Source of the DNA: Octopus sinensis
Taxonomy: Eukaryota
Direction of reading: 5' to 3'
NCBI RefSeq assembly: GCF_006345805.1
Contig: NC_043015.1
Coordinates: 41,230,001 to 41,294,000, forward strand
DNA length: 64,000 nt
Under the pieces are notes generated by a model that saw only the letters and a program-made list of their open reading frames with translations, had not been told where the DNA came from and ran no database searches. This document shows, piece after piece, positions 1-13,959 of this stretch (position 1 is the stretch's first letter; each line of letters starts with the position of its first letter). Position numbers and translations under genes: made by a program.

Positions 1-82
1 CTATATAATAAATTAATTTTACTCTGCTATGTATTGAGTACCTTATTTACTGTGGTTAACCCCGAATCAACCCGGGACCTAC

Positions 83-322
83 ATATATATATATATATAT
101 ATATATTCATGTATATGTGTGTGTGTGTATATATATATATTATATTAATCAGCCGAAATTGCTAGGATGATCCGGTTCTTGACTGAAGATTGAAGGCTTC
201 GAATGTCCCGTCCGTGTTTTTTGTATCGTCTTCTAAATGTTTCACGTTCTTGTCCCAGTGTGTATTTTTTTACATTTACATATATATTATATTATATATA
301 TATATGTATGTATTCATGCATA

Positions 323-357
<35 letters not shown>

Positions 358-614
358 GTATTCATGTATATGTGTGTATGTATGTATGTATTCATATATG
401 TGTGTATATATGTACGTATTCATGTATATGTGTGTATATATATACGTATTCATGTATATGTGTGTATATATGTACGTATTCATGTATATGTGTGTATATA
501 TGTATGTATGTATTCATATATATATGTGTGTATATATGTATGTATTCATGTATATGTGTGTTTATATATATATATGTATGTATGTATGTATTCATGTATA
601 TGTGTGTTTATATA

Positions 615-647
<33 letters not shown>

Positions 648-867
648 TCATGTATTCATGTATGTGTGTGTGTATGTATGAATGTATATATTCATGTATA
701 TGAGTGTATATATACACACATATACAGGAATACATATATGTATATATTCATGTCTGTGTATCTGTGTGTATATGTGCATTAAGTACAGCATTAGAGTGGT
801 TTAGCTCTTATTTCTAGCAATGTAGGTGCTTCCTAACACCCCACTCACATTTAGTAACATATATTAG

Positions 868-905
<38 letters not shown>
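83..905. repeat. Compound (TA)/(TG)/(TATG) microsatellite with recurring TATTCATG
   Basis: Direct reading; explains the Y/V/C/M/I ORFs at 190-782. Confidence 0.95.
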
Positions 906-907
<2 letters not shown>

Positions 908-1149
908 AAAAACATTACAAATAAATGATGCAAGGGAAAAAAACTCAAGAAGTTTAAAAAATGAATTGTGGTTCAATCCCATGTCTCTGCTGGTTTTTCT
1001 AACTTATTACTATTATATAAGTGTTGACACTCGGAAGTGTATGCAGCCCCCCACCCTACCTCCCTCCCTCTCTCCTCTGTCCACCTTCCCCCTCAAATGC
1101 ATCATTGCTCTTGCTGCCACCTCCCACACACACATATACATATATATGT

Positions 1150-1380
1150 TTTCTTATTGCCCACAAGGGGCTAAACATAGAGGGGACAAACAAAGACAGA
1201 CAAACGAATTAAGTCGATTAATATCGACCCCAGTGTGTAACTGGTACTTAATTTATCGACTCCGAAAGGATGAAAGGCAAAGTCAACCTCGGCGGAATTT
1301 GAACTCAGAACGCAGCGGCGGACGAAATACCGCAACGCATTTCGCCCGGCGTGCTAACGATTCTGCCAGTTCGCCGCCTT
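1150..1380 (-). mobile_element. tRNA-derived SINE family B (Nin/Deu-like central domain)
   Basis: GGCGGCGAACTGGCAGAA head, GAGTTCAAATTCC B-box, GCCTTTCATCCTTTCGGAGTCGATAAATTAAGTACCAG core. The domain name is from recall. Confidence 0.75.
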
Positions 1381-4300
1381 ATACATATATATATATGCCC
1401 ATGTTCACCACTCACTGCATTCCACTTCCTCTCCCCTTGTTTTACACTGTTGTGACCCACCCACTTGTTGTGACCTCACTCTGTTCAGTCCCCTGCGTCA
1501 CCTCGCGTTCCCTTGTATCCCGAGGGTATCCCCTGGTACATCTTCCCCCACCATCTTCTCTCCCTTTCCGGTTGGGGTCGCCATGTATCTTCTCCACAGC
1601 AAGACTCCCGTTTCTGCCTTGCTACCGTCAATTAACCTCTCATCGCCTGGCGCAAGGCCACCTCTCTCGATACCACTCCCCCCCCCTATCAGGTGAAGGG
1701 TCTTCGTCTTCCAAGTTCCTTGGTGATCCTGCTAGTGTTGGTGCCATGTAAAAAGCACCCAGTACACATTGTAAAGTGGTTGGCATTAGAAAGGGCATAC
1801 AGCAATAGAACCCTTGTCAAAGCGAACGGTAGAGCTTGGCTTTGTCCTCTCACTCCCCAGCTCTTGTCTAACTGTCCGACAGAAGTCAGCCTGGAAAGCA
1901 GATATGAAATTCTGATTGTCTTTAGGAATTGTAGCTGCCAATGGGAGACAACTCTGATTGTAATGACCCACCTAACTCATGCTAGCATGGAAACTAGATG
2001 TAAAATGATGATAATTACTAGTTTGCCACAAAGCCCTTAATTTGTAAGGGAGTGATTGAATTAACACAAGCGCATATCTGGTATTAGTATTTTATAGATC
2101 CTGGAAGAGTTGGTGATGTAAAAAAATTTTTGTCATGTTTCCCAACTACATACGACATACCGTATGACACCTTAACTCTTTCATTACTGTATTTATTTTG
2201 AGATGCTCTGTGTTTCTTTCAATTACTCGACTGAGCATTGGCAACAAGAAGAGCATCTGGCCATAGAAAACCCGCTTCAACAGATTATATCCGATTTATG
2301 GAATCTTTGGAAAAGTAGACATAAAAGAAACAAATTTTTTATTCAGAGGGCGAGGCAGTGCCTGTGATCCTTCACTGGGCCTCTGGGACTGGTGGGAGAG
2401 GAATGAAGGAGGGTAGTCCCTTCAAGTCTGCTAAAGGCACCCCAGAGTTGTGGGTGGGTGGGCAGTGGTGTAAAACTGAAAGGTGGGGTAAGTCTCCCAG
2501 CCATTGAAACCCTGGTCAGCATTTGAACTCAGAATGCAAAGAGCTGAAATAAATATTATGGGCTACCTGGTCCTTTCATTGTTACAGAACCACTCATCCA
2601 CTGCCCTAGGTTTTTTGCTGGGTTTTTTTACCCTAGGAGGTTGGAAAGCAAAGTTGACTTTGGTGGGAACCCACAACATCCAGATAAATAAACTAAAACC
2701 CTCTCTATTACTAGACTCACCACTTAATTAATTGGAAGACTTGATAATATGGCAGCTGATGTGTTTTGTTGTAATTAATTACATCCTGTTACTTCAGTTT
2801 TTGAGTTCAAATCCTGCTAGGGTTGAGTGTCCTTTTCATCCTGTTTGGGGTTAATGGAAAAAAAATTTTTAAAAAAGGAGCCAGTAAGAAACTGAAGTTC
2901 GTCTTAATCCCTTAAACCCTGCCTTCTTAAATTCAAGACCTGGTACCTTTGTATTATATTACCCCTGCAGTTAAGGATTGAACTTAGAGCACTGACTTCC
3001 ATACTATTTGGAAGTTATCCAGTATTTTTAACATTTCTTTCATTTTCCCACCTTTAAATTAATGTTTAATTAATGTTTTCACAATTGGAAAGTTTAATAA
3101 ATATTTTTTCTAAGATAAATTCACAGATAAAATACCTCAGTCAAGCCAAACATTAAATTGTTGAAAATTAATCAAATAAATAAATAAACAACAACAACAA
3201 CAACAACAATAATTGCTGTTTCTTTGGCACAAGTTTTCAAGAGAGCTGGGTGGTGGTGGTGGTGGTGGTGTCCCAGAATAAAGCAACTGCAGTACTAGCT
3301 TACTACATATTGTATAACACTGCTGGAGGTCCCAGAATCAAGGTTAACTACAACATGATTTGAACTCCTTCTCTTCTTAATCCTTTTTGGCCCCTTCTGG
3401 AGCATAGGGCCTCAACAGTTGTTTTCCACTTTTTGCAGTCATTGGCGTGTTTCTTGGCTGCTTACCGTATACAGTTATACAAACCAAGGACATTATATAG
3501 ACATCCTTGACTCAAGTTAAGGAGCGCATATTATACACAAGGTTTAGGTTTTTCAGAGGTAAGGCCCCCTAAAAAAAACCTGCGTATTATACTCAAGGGC
3601 GGACTATACTTGATTTATGGTATATATCAATCATGACTGATCTTCCCAGTCGGTCTTGTACATCATATATATGTTGGACTTCTTTCACTTTCCATCTACC
3701 AAATCTACTTGCAAGGTTTGGCCCAGGTCTTTGGTAGAAGACACTTGCCCTAGATGCCACACAATGAGACTGAACCTGGAACCACATGGTTGGGTAACAA
3801 GCTCCTTAACCATACAGCCATGCTTGCACTTATGTAAATAAATACCACAAACCATTTTGTCTGCCTCCCGACCATTTTCCTGCCAATAAGAATGACAACA
3901 ATAATAATATTAATAAAGATGATGATGATAATGATTCAAATTATTAATTAATGCAATTATTTTTGCTTATTGTAAATAATTTGTAGGTTAATTTAGAGAA
4001 TAAGTTTTTGGCTGTGTTTAAGGAAATAGTTTTGTGGAATGTTACAATATCTAGATTGATAATAAAGATTATATTGGTAATGTTGTGCTAGGATGGCGTC
4101 AAAATGATCGTTATCTTAAAATATTTATTTATTACGTAGTTTCGATATAAACTTTATATTGTTTTATTTATTATTATTATTATCATTATTATTATACTGT
4201 GGTATGTTTTCTGTCATGCATATGCACGTACTCACACGAATATACATATCCAGATACAGGTGAATATGTACTTAAACACATACTTTGATTTATCTTTGAC

Positions 4301-4453
4301 ATACACACACACATATATATACACACACCAGTTTGACTCACTATCACACACAGTTTTGTAGATATGCAGTTACATTCATATATATGTATGTATACATGAT
4401 TTATATACATAGGTATATTGGCTTACTTTTGACTCATATACACACACAGTGTA

Positions 4454-4498
<45 letters not shown>

Positions 4499-4541
4499 AT
4501 AGGTGCATATGTGTGTGTGTATATATATATGTATATATATG

Positions 4542-4890
4542 CAGAGGTCAGACAAAATAATGGAAACCCCTTAAAATTTCAAACAATTTTATTTTAACAT
4601 GGGGTAGGACCGCCTTTGGCAGTAATTACAGCTTGAATTGTATGAGGTATGGACTCGTACAAAGTTTGCATTGTTTCCAAAGGAATTTTTGTCCATTCTT
4701 CAGTTAAAACAGTCTCCAGTTCTTGTAGTTATGATGGTGGAGGATATCAACTCCTTACTTGTTTTTCTAAAATGCACCATAAATGTTCAATAATGTTGAG
4801 ATCTGGGGAATGTGGTGACCAGATAAGATGTTCAACTTCACTAGAATGTTTCTCATGCCATTCAGTAACAACTTTAGCTGTAAGAATTGT
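4542..4890 (-). mobile_element. Tc1/mariner DNA transposon relic (transposase C-terminus + terminal repeat)
   Basis: Minus strand reads ILTAKVVTEWHEKHSSEVEHLIWSPHSPDLNIIEHLWCILEKQVRS*YPPPS*LQELETVLTEEWTKIPLETMQTLYESIPHTIQAVITAKGGPTPC*. It has the SPDLN.IE.LW motif and two internal stops, and ends in a CAG-starting TIR-like sequence beside a TA run. Confidence 0.9.
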
Positions 4891-5307
4891 TTGTTATGTC
4901 ATTTGGGCAGTGCCTGAAGATTGAACTAGGCTCCCAGACATGTTAAAAAAATAATTTCTGGCATGCTCTCATCACATGGAACTAACAGCAGCACATAAAA
5001 ACATATTGCGTCTATTAAATAATATTTGGAGTACTTTTTATTGTTAGTTCGTTGAGGAGTACACTATATAGGAAAAGATAGGGGACAGTGTTTTTGGCTG
5101 TTGCCGATCAGGCCAATATGAACTCAGAAGAAGATTTTGCCATGGGTCAGATGCTGTTGTCTGCTGAGAATATAGCCAAGGAGTTGACCCTGGGCTTGTG
5201 CAACTCACATTTGTTTGTGTGCGTAGATAGATATTTGTGTGTCATAATCTCACCTCTATTTGTATCTCATCTCATAATAATTCTTTTTTTTTTCTTGCTG
5301 TTATTAG

Positions 5308-5371
5308 TGTATCAGAGTATCTGATGGGAGACGTTGAACCCCTTTACACAGGTGATATTGCAAAATCAAAG
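5308..5371 (+). CDS. ARHGAP45: Internal exon of ARHGAP45/ARHGAP29/GMIP-family F-BAR RhoGAP (pre-F-BAR segment)
   Basis: T-rich tract + TAG acceptor, AAG|GTAAGT donor. Encodes VSEYLMGDVEPLYTGDIAKSK, resembling the 'VSEFLMGEV'/'FLMGDV' segment I recall from ARHGAP45/29. Phase 2 to 0; joins 33568 in frame. The paralog cannot be resolved, so the symbol denotes the family. Confidence 0.8.
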
Positions 5372-5580
5372 GTAAGTAAAGCCTTCTCTGGTCTGAATCG
5401 CTTTTATGTTGGACTTTGAGTTCAATACAGATTCCTTCATCTTCACCATTTCATCTTCATTGTTTTAATGTCCACTTCATGTTTGCATGGGGCATATTAC
5501 ATTCATTGAGGAAGATTTGCTGTGTCTGGGTGCCCTTCCTGTCACCTACTCTTGTTTGCAAACAAATGATATTTTCCCAA

Positions 5581-5811
5581 GGCGGCGAGTTGGCAGAAAC
5601 GTTAGCCCGCTGGGCGAAATGCGTAGCCGTATTTCGTCTGCCGTTACGTTTTGAGTTCAAATTCCGCTGAGGTCCACTTTGCCTTTCATCCTTTCAGGGT
5701 CGATAAATTAAGTACCAGTTACGCACTGGGGTCGATGTAATCGACTTAATTCATTTGTCTGTCCTTGTTTGTACCCTCTGTGTTTAGCCCCTTGTGGGTA
5801 GTAAAGAAATA
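5581..5811 (+). mobile_element. SINE family B with target-site duplication
   Basis: Flanked by GATATTTTCC(C)AA on both sides. Confidence 0.85.
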
Positions 5812-6534
5812 GATATTTTCCAATGGCCGGACATGTTTTCTTGGAAGATTGGAAAGGAATGATATTGCTTGTGTAATGGTGATGCTTATGTTGTATCTAT
5901 TGTGTGATCTCAAGACGAGGGCACACACATCATCGTCATCATTTAACTTCCTTGTTCTATGTTGGCAAGGTGGCTCAAAATAGTGACAGTTGCAGAAAAG
6001 GGGTGATTGACTTGATTACGGAGGATAGCTCCAACCAGAGCCATCCCTTGAAGTGGGCTTTTTGAAATTCCATGATGATCTATTTACATCAATGGACCCT
6101 GTGTTTAACAACCCTCGAGGATGCCATCATTCATAGTGTGTATCGCCCTGAAAAAGGGCCAAGACAAAGCAGCTCATATTCCAGGTCGAACCCCAGACTT
6201 TTGGTGGTGATAGATGACACACCTGTGGAAGGACCAATTTGGCATGGTTGCACCTACCCAACATAGCTCCGACCACAGTGTATTATCTTTACTACAACAG
6301 TATCACACCTGTTAAGTGTCTTTTATGACAGATCTAAGCCAACCAATTCCTCGGGTGGAATTGGTAAACAAAAACTGTTGCAGTCCATTGAATATTTGTG
6401 TTTAGGTGTAACTGAACGGTTTGGCAAAAAGAGATCAATAAAGTGCAAGACTTTAAATAAATATGTTGAGGGTCACTGTAGTCAACAAATTCTTTGAAGG
6501 TGGTGCCCTAAGACCAAAATAAGTAAAAGAACAT

Positions 6535-6913
6535 ACCCTTTTACTTGTTTCCGTCATTTGACTGTGGCCATGCTGGAGCACTGCCTTTAGTTGAGCAAAT
6601 CGACCCCAGGACTTATTCTTTGTAAGCCTAATATTTATTCTATCGGTCTTTTTTGCTGAACTGCTAAGTTACAGGGATGTAAGTACTCCAGCATTGCTTG
6701 TCAAGCAATGTTGTGGGGGTGACAAACACACACACACACATACATATATACGACTGGCTTCTTTCAGTTTCCGTCTACCAAATCCACTCACAAGGCGTTT
6801 GGACAGCCCAAGACTATAGTAGAAGACACTTGCCCAAGGTGCCACGCAGTGGGACTGAACCCGGAACCATGTGGTTGGTAAGCAAGCTACTTACCACAGA
6901 GCCACTCCGCGCC
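6535..6913 (-). mobile_element. tRNA-derived SINE family A (CORE-like, internal TA/TG microsatellite)
   Basis: Head with A/B-box-like TGGCTCTGTGG / GGTTCAGTCCC, CCTTGGGCAAGT core, AAGTAAAA-type tail; at least 15 related copies in the window. Confidence 0.85.
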
Positions 6914-7168
6914 TAAACTAAGAAAATTTCAGTAAAATATTGGCAGCCAGCAACTCGGTGAAACAAATTCCTGTACATATTATATCCAGGGTATGTACAA
7001 GATTTTTGGTGACAATTGGATGAGGAATCAATTGAAATATAGTGTAAATAATAAATACAGGAATTACCATCATCATCATCAGTATTGTTTAATGTCTGCT
7101 TTCCATGCTGGCATGGGTTGGACCAATACAGGAATACCACTTCAGGGATATGTGGAAATCTCTATCTC

Positions 7169-7533
7169 TCTATATATAAACGGCAAACTGTCTGTGTGTG
7201 TGTGTGTCCTTTATACAAATCCACAATTTTTCAGTTAGAGGGCTCGCACTTTCTATGGTCATTCAAAACCGTCCAAGGGTGGTCGTGCACATCTTTACAT
7301 TTCTCCAGTCACCCAGCAAAGTCATTAAAAAAATCAATAGAAGTGACTTTTTTGTGAATTTTCTATCCAAAACCCAATCAAAATGCCTGAATCTTGATAC
7401 ACCAATTGAATGCCAGCTAGCTGTATGTGATTGGTCGGAGATTTGGACAGTACTTGCGTGTATGTGCATATGCACGCAGCTGTATATGCATGCACTAGCA
7501 CTATGACCCGGTGTTGCCGGGTCATAGTGCTTG
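7169..7533 (+). mobile_element. Non-autonomous Helitron-like element
   Basis: 5' TCTATATATAAACGGC, same start as the 51535-51909 element. 3' GC-rich hairpin GCACTATGACCCGG/CCGGGTCATAGTGC ending in CTTG (degenerate CTAG) followed by T. Confidence 0.7.
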
Positions 7534-7794
7534 TTTGTTAATAAAATTTTGCTGTATCGTGGGTTTCTGTGACATGAAAATGAAGCCCATGTTACATGGA
7601 GTCAAGAGGAAAATAAGGCTTCAAGTTATGGGAAATTCATGTTACAGAAAAAATTTTCAAGAATACAATGTGGTCTGGGGTCATCTGTGAGATGAGGGCT
7701 GCCTCTATTATGAAGGTACTGGACTACTCTGACCATAAACTAACCACTTCAGACCTAACTACTGTGGAGTTAAGAAACTGGACTGTACCGACAA

Positions 7795-7986
7795 AGTAGT
7801 AGTAGTAGTGGTGGCGGCGGTAGTGGTTGCAGTGGTGGTGGCGGCAGCGGTGGTGGTGGCGGCAGTGGTGGTTGTGGTGATGGTGGTGACAGTGGTGGTT
7901 GTGGTGGTGGTAGTGGTCACGGTAGTGGTGGTGGTGGCGGTGGTGGTTGTGGTGGTGGTAGTGGTGGCAGTGTCAGTTGTAGTAGT
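7795..7986. repeat. (GTG/GTA/GCG)n trinucleotide repeat
   Basis: Direct reading; source of the poly-V and poly-T ORFs. Confidence 0.95.
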
Positions 7987-8181
7987 AACACAAACACCTG
8001 AGAAAAACTTTGTCTCGCTTTCCTCTCTTTCTGTTTTCTTCATTCCTAGTCTCTTTTTCTTTTTTTCTTCTTCCACCCCCCTCACTTTTTCTTTCTCTCT
8101 TTTGAAAGAAAGTGTCATCACGCATCAATGTTTACGTTGTAAATATTAAATTGCTGATTATATAGTTGTGTGTGTGTGTGT

Positions 8182-8260
<79 letters not shown>

Positions 8261-8589
8261 TGAAGCGTGTAAAGGTTCTATTCTTATTTTACCTGTCTAT
8301 ATATGTATTCCGTACATGTATGTTTGTGTGTGTAAATATACATACATATATGTATGTGTGTGTCTGTACATGTGTGCATAGATATTTATACACACACACA
8401 CACACATACATATATATACACACACACATCTATATACACATGTATCTAGACGTATTTCTTTATGCAAATTTTTATGTATGAGTATGCATGCGTTTTCAAC
8501 TCCGCAATCTTATATAAACATATTGTTACATATACATGTGTGTTGACTTAAACAGCATATATATATACACACACACATATATATTATAT

Positions 8590-8690
<101 letters not shown>

Positions 8691-10144
8691 ATATATATAC
8701 ACACACACTCTCATACATACACACACACTACGACCCAGATATGCCAAGACAAGAAGACATGCAAATCCTAGATTTTTGAGTGACATCCAAAAACGAGTCG
8801 CACAAAAATAATCTGTTTATATTAAAACTCTGAGTAGAGACTGAAAGTTTAAATGGATGATTGAACAGAAAACACTCATATATATATATATATTAGTAAA
8901 AATGGTAAGATAACGAAAGAAAGAAAGAGTCCTCAATATTATGTAAATAGAGGAAATTTATCTATAAAATAATGTTACATTTACTCAGAGTTTTATCTTG
9001 ACTATTGAGTAACTGTAACATATTATTTTATATATATGTATATATATATCATCATAATCATATATTTGTGCACACTTTTGTATAACCACTCACCTGTACA
9101 TATCACATTTTCTTTAACTAAACATACACACACACACACACACACATATAATATATATTTATGTATATTAAAGTTGTGTAAGTCCATACACACACATATA
9201 CACATCAATAGATTGATAGATACAGAATTAGATTTCGACAGTCTGTGAAGTGTAGAGTAAAATAAGATTTGAAAGAGGAAAGATAAGAAAAGTCTTCTCG
9301 CATGGATCAATAGTTTGAAGTGTGTGTGTGTGTTTGTGTGTATGTGTGTGCGTGGGCCAGGAGAAGAGTATAAGTGAATATGTTTTTTGGTCTGTCCTTT
9401 ATTATAAAGTAGGCGTTTACCGAGGTGGTATCACCTTCAGAAACCTGCGGCTGTTAAAATAGTGTCTGTCTCTTGCTCTCTCTCTCCCACTTTCTCTTGA
9501 AATCATACCTTTACCTTTATGGACTTAGCATGCGAACTACTAAAGGTAGGTGTTTGTTTGGATGTGTGTATATATGTATGTGTGTACAATTGTGTACATG
9601 TCTCGAACTTTGTGTGTGTGTGTATATAATTGTCATGATTCATGTCATACCAGAGTATTGCATTTATGTTTGAATAGATGTATGTATGTGTATATATTTA
9701 TATATATATACTTATATAATCATCATTATCCAATGTTTTAAATCTGGGTTTTGTCCCCATTAATGGGGGTGGCTGGATTTATCTCAATGCCATAGCAACC
9801 AAGGTAAGCAGGTGCAGCCCACCCCAACCTTTGGGCTGGTTGGTGCCCATTCTCCTTTACTATTATGAGGCTTTTTTGGAGCTGGATTTTCTACAGGGAG
9901 CATGCCCTTGCTTACCCCCAATCTCAGTTTCTAGACATGAGTGGTCCCAAAACCTAGGCCTCTGCCACAATTTTAAAGAAATGTGGTGGAAAACTAGCTC
10001 AGGAAGGCAGGGACGATACGCACTGAGACCCCTTTCAGAGCCCCCTCTCCACCTATATAAAAAACATAAAAATATATATAATATGCATTGGTGCCCCAGC
10101 ATGGCTGCTGTCCAATGACTGAAACAAGTACAGCAATATATATA

Positions 10145-10540
10145 TACTCTTTTAGTTGTTTCAGTCATTTGACTGCGGCCATGCTGGAGCACCGCCTTTA
10201 ATCGAGCAACTCGACCCCGGGACTTATTCTTTTGTAAGCCCAGTACTTATTCTATCGGTCTCTTTTGCCGAACCGCTAAGTAACGGGGACATAAACACAC
10301 CAGCATCGGTTGTCGAGCAATGCTAGGGGGACAAACACACACACACACGCATATATATATATATATATATATACACATACATATATACGACGGGCTTCTT
10401 TCAGTTTCCGTCTACCAAATCCACTCACAAGGCTTTGGTCGGCCCGAGGCTATAGTAGAAGACGCTAGCCCAAGGTGCCACGCAGTGGGACTGAACCCGG
10501 AACCATGTGGTTGGTAAGCAAGCTACTTACCACACAGCCA
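10145..10540 (-). mobile_element. SINE family A, full length
   Basis: Closely similar to the 49949-50355 copy in reverse orientation. Confidence 0.85.
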
Positions 10541-10964
10541 CATAAATAAAACTTATCCTTGTAATTTCCATATCGGAAAAAGGGTGTAGCTTTCAGTGCC
10601 AACAAATTGTTACCGTTCCTTATCGTACACTGTTCGCTTTTTGACTGTACCTGCCATGGATCGTTTGAAGCATACAAGCTTCCTACACTTGGATCCTTGG
10701 ATCTTACCCTTATATAGCAATACACACACACACACACACACTGTATGTGTGTGTGTGTTTGTGTTTGTCTGCTACCACTGTTTGACAACTGGAGTTGGTT
10801 TGTTTACATCCCTGTAACTTAGTTGTTCAGCAAAAAACGATAGAATAAGTACCAAGAGACGCTGTTTCCCTAGATCTCCAGATACACCTGTGTTCAAGTT
10901 GATGGGATATTAGGGGGCAATATGGGTGGGGGAAGGGGCATGCGTGTGTTTTTGTATGCTGGCA

Positions 10965-11001
<37 letters not shown>

Positions 11002-11003
<2 letters not shown>

Positions 11004-11520
11004 AGGCATGGCTGTGTGGTAAGAATCTTGCTTCCCAACCCCATGGTTCCGGGTTCAGTCCCACTGCATAACATGCGACACCTTGGGCAAGTGTCTTCTA
11101 TTATAGCCTCAGGCCAACCAAAGCCTTGTGAATGGATTTGGTAGATGGAAACTGAAAGAAGCCCATCATGTGTATTATATATATATATGTGTGTGTGTGT
11201 GTATGTTTATGCATGTATGTATATGTATGTATGTGTGTGTATATATATGTGTATGTACGTACGTATAAATATATGTGTGTGTGTATGTATTTGTGTGTGT
11301 TTGTCCACTCCCCCTCACCATCACTTGACAACCAGTGTTGGTGTGTTTATGTCCCTGTTACTTAGCGGTTCGGTAAAAGAGACCCATAGAATAAGTACTA
11401 GGCTTACAAAGGAATAAGTCCTGGAGTTGATTTCTTTGACTAAAAAAAAAAAAGAAATGAAAACTCTTGAAGGCTCCAGTATGGCTGCAGTCAAATGACT
11501 GAAACCACTAAAAGAATAAA
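11002..11520 (+). mobile_element. SINE family A with expanded internal microsatellite
   Basis: Same head, core and tail as the other copies. Confidence 0.8.
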
Positions 11521-11594
11521 AAATAAAAGAATACAGGGCGGGACAAAAGTCAGGTACCATCGTTAAAACTCATTTAATATGTATTGCACACAAG

Positions 11595-12181
11595 GTGCAA
11601 GCTGGCAGAATCGTTAGCATGCCGGGTTAAATGCTTAGCGGTATTTCGTCTGCCGCTACGTTCTGAGTTCAAATTCCGCCGAAGTCGACTTTGCCTTTCA
11701 TCCTTTTGGAGTCGATTAAATAACTACCAGTTACGCACTGGGGTTGATATAATCAACTTAATCCCTTTGTCTGTCCTTGTTTGTCCTCTCTGTGTTTAGC
11801 CTCTTGTGGGTAGTAAAGAAATAGGCCTTTCATCTGTCTTTACATTCTGGGTTCAAATTCTGCCGAAGTTGACTTTGCCTTTCTTCCTTTTGGGGTTGAT
11901 AAATTAAGTACCAGTTATGCACTGGGGTCGATATAATCAACTTAATCCGTTTGTCTGTCCTTGTTTGTCCTCTCTGTGTTTAGCCCCTTGTGGGTAATAA
12001 AGAAATAGGCCTTTCATCTGTCTTTACGTTCTGGGTTCAAATTCTGTCGAGGTCGATTTTTGCTGTTCATCCTTTTGGGGGGTCGATAAATTAAGTACCA
12101 GTTGCATATTGGGGTTGATTTAATCGACTGGCTCCCTCCCCAAAAATTCCAGTCCTTGTGCCTATAGTAGAAAAGAGTATA
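11595..12181 (+). mobile_element. Trimeric SINE family B insertion
   Basis: One full and two 5'-truncated units head-to-tail between TATTGCACACAAG direct repeats (11582-11594, 12182-12194). Confidence 0.8.
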
Positions 12182-12330
12182 TATTGCACACAAGCACTTC
12201 TGTTTTTCTGAAATTGAATAAAATAAATAAAATAATGATGACTATATAATTAACAAAGTTAATAACAACAACAACAACAACAACATAATTAAATAAAATG
12301 CCAAGTTCCTTGGTGCATGACTTTCGGCCA

Positions 12331-12368
<38 letters not shown>

Positions 12369-12819
12369 TTTGTTTCAGTCATTTGACTGTGGCCATGCTG
12401 GAGCACTGCTTTTAGGACTTTATTTTTTTGTAAGCCTAGTACTTATTCTATCGATACGTCTTTTATTTACGTCCCTGTAACTTAGCGGTTTGGCAAAAGA
12501 GACCGATAGAATAAGTTCTAGGCTTACAAAAAATAAGTCCTGGGGTTGATTTGCTCAACTAATGGCGGTGCTCCAGCATGGCCGCAGTCAAATGACTGAA
12601 ACAAGTAAAAGTAAAATTTAAAAACAAAAATTTTTTTTTAATTTCAGAAAATTAAAACAATTTTTTTTTATGGTCATATGAATTCCTGTGGGTAGAATAC
12701 AAATTTACAAAACTTTTCTGAAAATACCCCCAAATAAATGATGAGGGTTTTTTTTCAGGGATTCTCAACATGGGGCTTATGAGCATAGGAAAACTGTGGT
12801 GGGGCATAGTACCCTAGAC

Positions 12820-13390
12820 ACCAGACACCAGATTCACATTGAAGTGATTTGCACTTTTTTCTTCTTAGTCAATAATGTACTTTATTTGTACGCTGTACTT
12901 AACGAGAGTTACTGGTAGATTCTTTTGTGTTAGATAATTGGGTTAAAATACTAAAAATAAAATCATTTTATCCCGACCACTTGTGGGGCATGCATTTTTC
13001 TGGAAAGTTATTATAGTGGGTACTTGTGGGAAAATAGGTTGAGAAACACTGGTTTCTATGGATTACTCAAAGCAAAATCTCACTTAATGATAATCAATGT
13101 GGATCACCAGACACAAGATTCACATTGAAGTGATTTGCACTTTTTCCTTCTTAGTCAATAATGTACTTTATTTGTACGCTGTACTTAACGAGAGTTACTG
13201 GTAGATTCTTTTGTGTTAGATAATTGGGGTAAAATACTAAAAATAAAATTGTTTTATCCTGACCACTTGTGGGGCATGCATTTTTCTGGAAAGTTATTAT
13301 AGTGGGGCTTGTGGGAAAATAGGTTGAGAAACACTGGTTTCTATGGATTACTCAAAGCAAAATCTCACTTAATGATAATCAATGTGGATC
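12820..13390. repeat. Direct tandem duplication, 2 x ~285 bp
   Basis: 12820-13105 and 13106-13390 are near identical (ACCAGACAC...AATGTGGATC). Confidence 0.95.
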
Positions 13391-13959
13391 TCTAAGCTTG
13401 CACAGTGGTTGTCATACATTTAAGTAACCTCACACAATCATATGATAGTCAGACAATTCTCGTTAAGAATCTGTGATCAGAAGTATCGGCTGACAGGTGG
13501 CCACCCCTATCGATTTCCACTGTAGTGGGGTGGGGGATTGTGTGTCACTAGTAGAGTATGTGAAACGGCAGCCATGGAGTAGACATTTCAATCTGGTTCT
13601 TGTTCATGGGTCTGTCTCGGTCCTGTTGCTGTTGTTGTTGTTGTTGTTGTTGGGCACCAAGTCAACCATGAATAAGTAGATCAACCGTGATCAAAGGCAT
13701 TCCAGCTGTGACCATCTGATAAAGTGTAACTAGGGCGGCATTATCAAAAATGGGGTCTTGAAGGTACGGTTTGATGCCACTGGGATTCAGCTGCTATTTT
13801 TAGCTGGTTGACTGACTCGGAACCCTTCATTGGCTCCTGCTATGGTATGTGCATGCGTGCATGCATGTGTATTTATATTTATTTGTGTGTTTAAGTGTGT
13901 ATGTGATTCTGTGTGTGAGTGTAAGTTTGTGACTGTATGTTTACATTTGTTACTTGCAT

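Noticed and set aside
190-782. Y/V/C/M/I and H/T-rich ORFs here and at 14003, 22241, 31908, 35962, 50669
   Set aside because: They are translations of microsatellites.
879-1751. 290-aa ORF
   Set aside because: It runs through (TG)n, a SINE-B and an RTE-tail fragment; no domain is recognisable.
7560-7760. YSDHKL resembling a LINE endonuclease SDH motif
   Set aside because: Too short and degraded to support a call.
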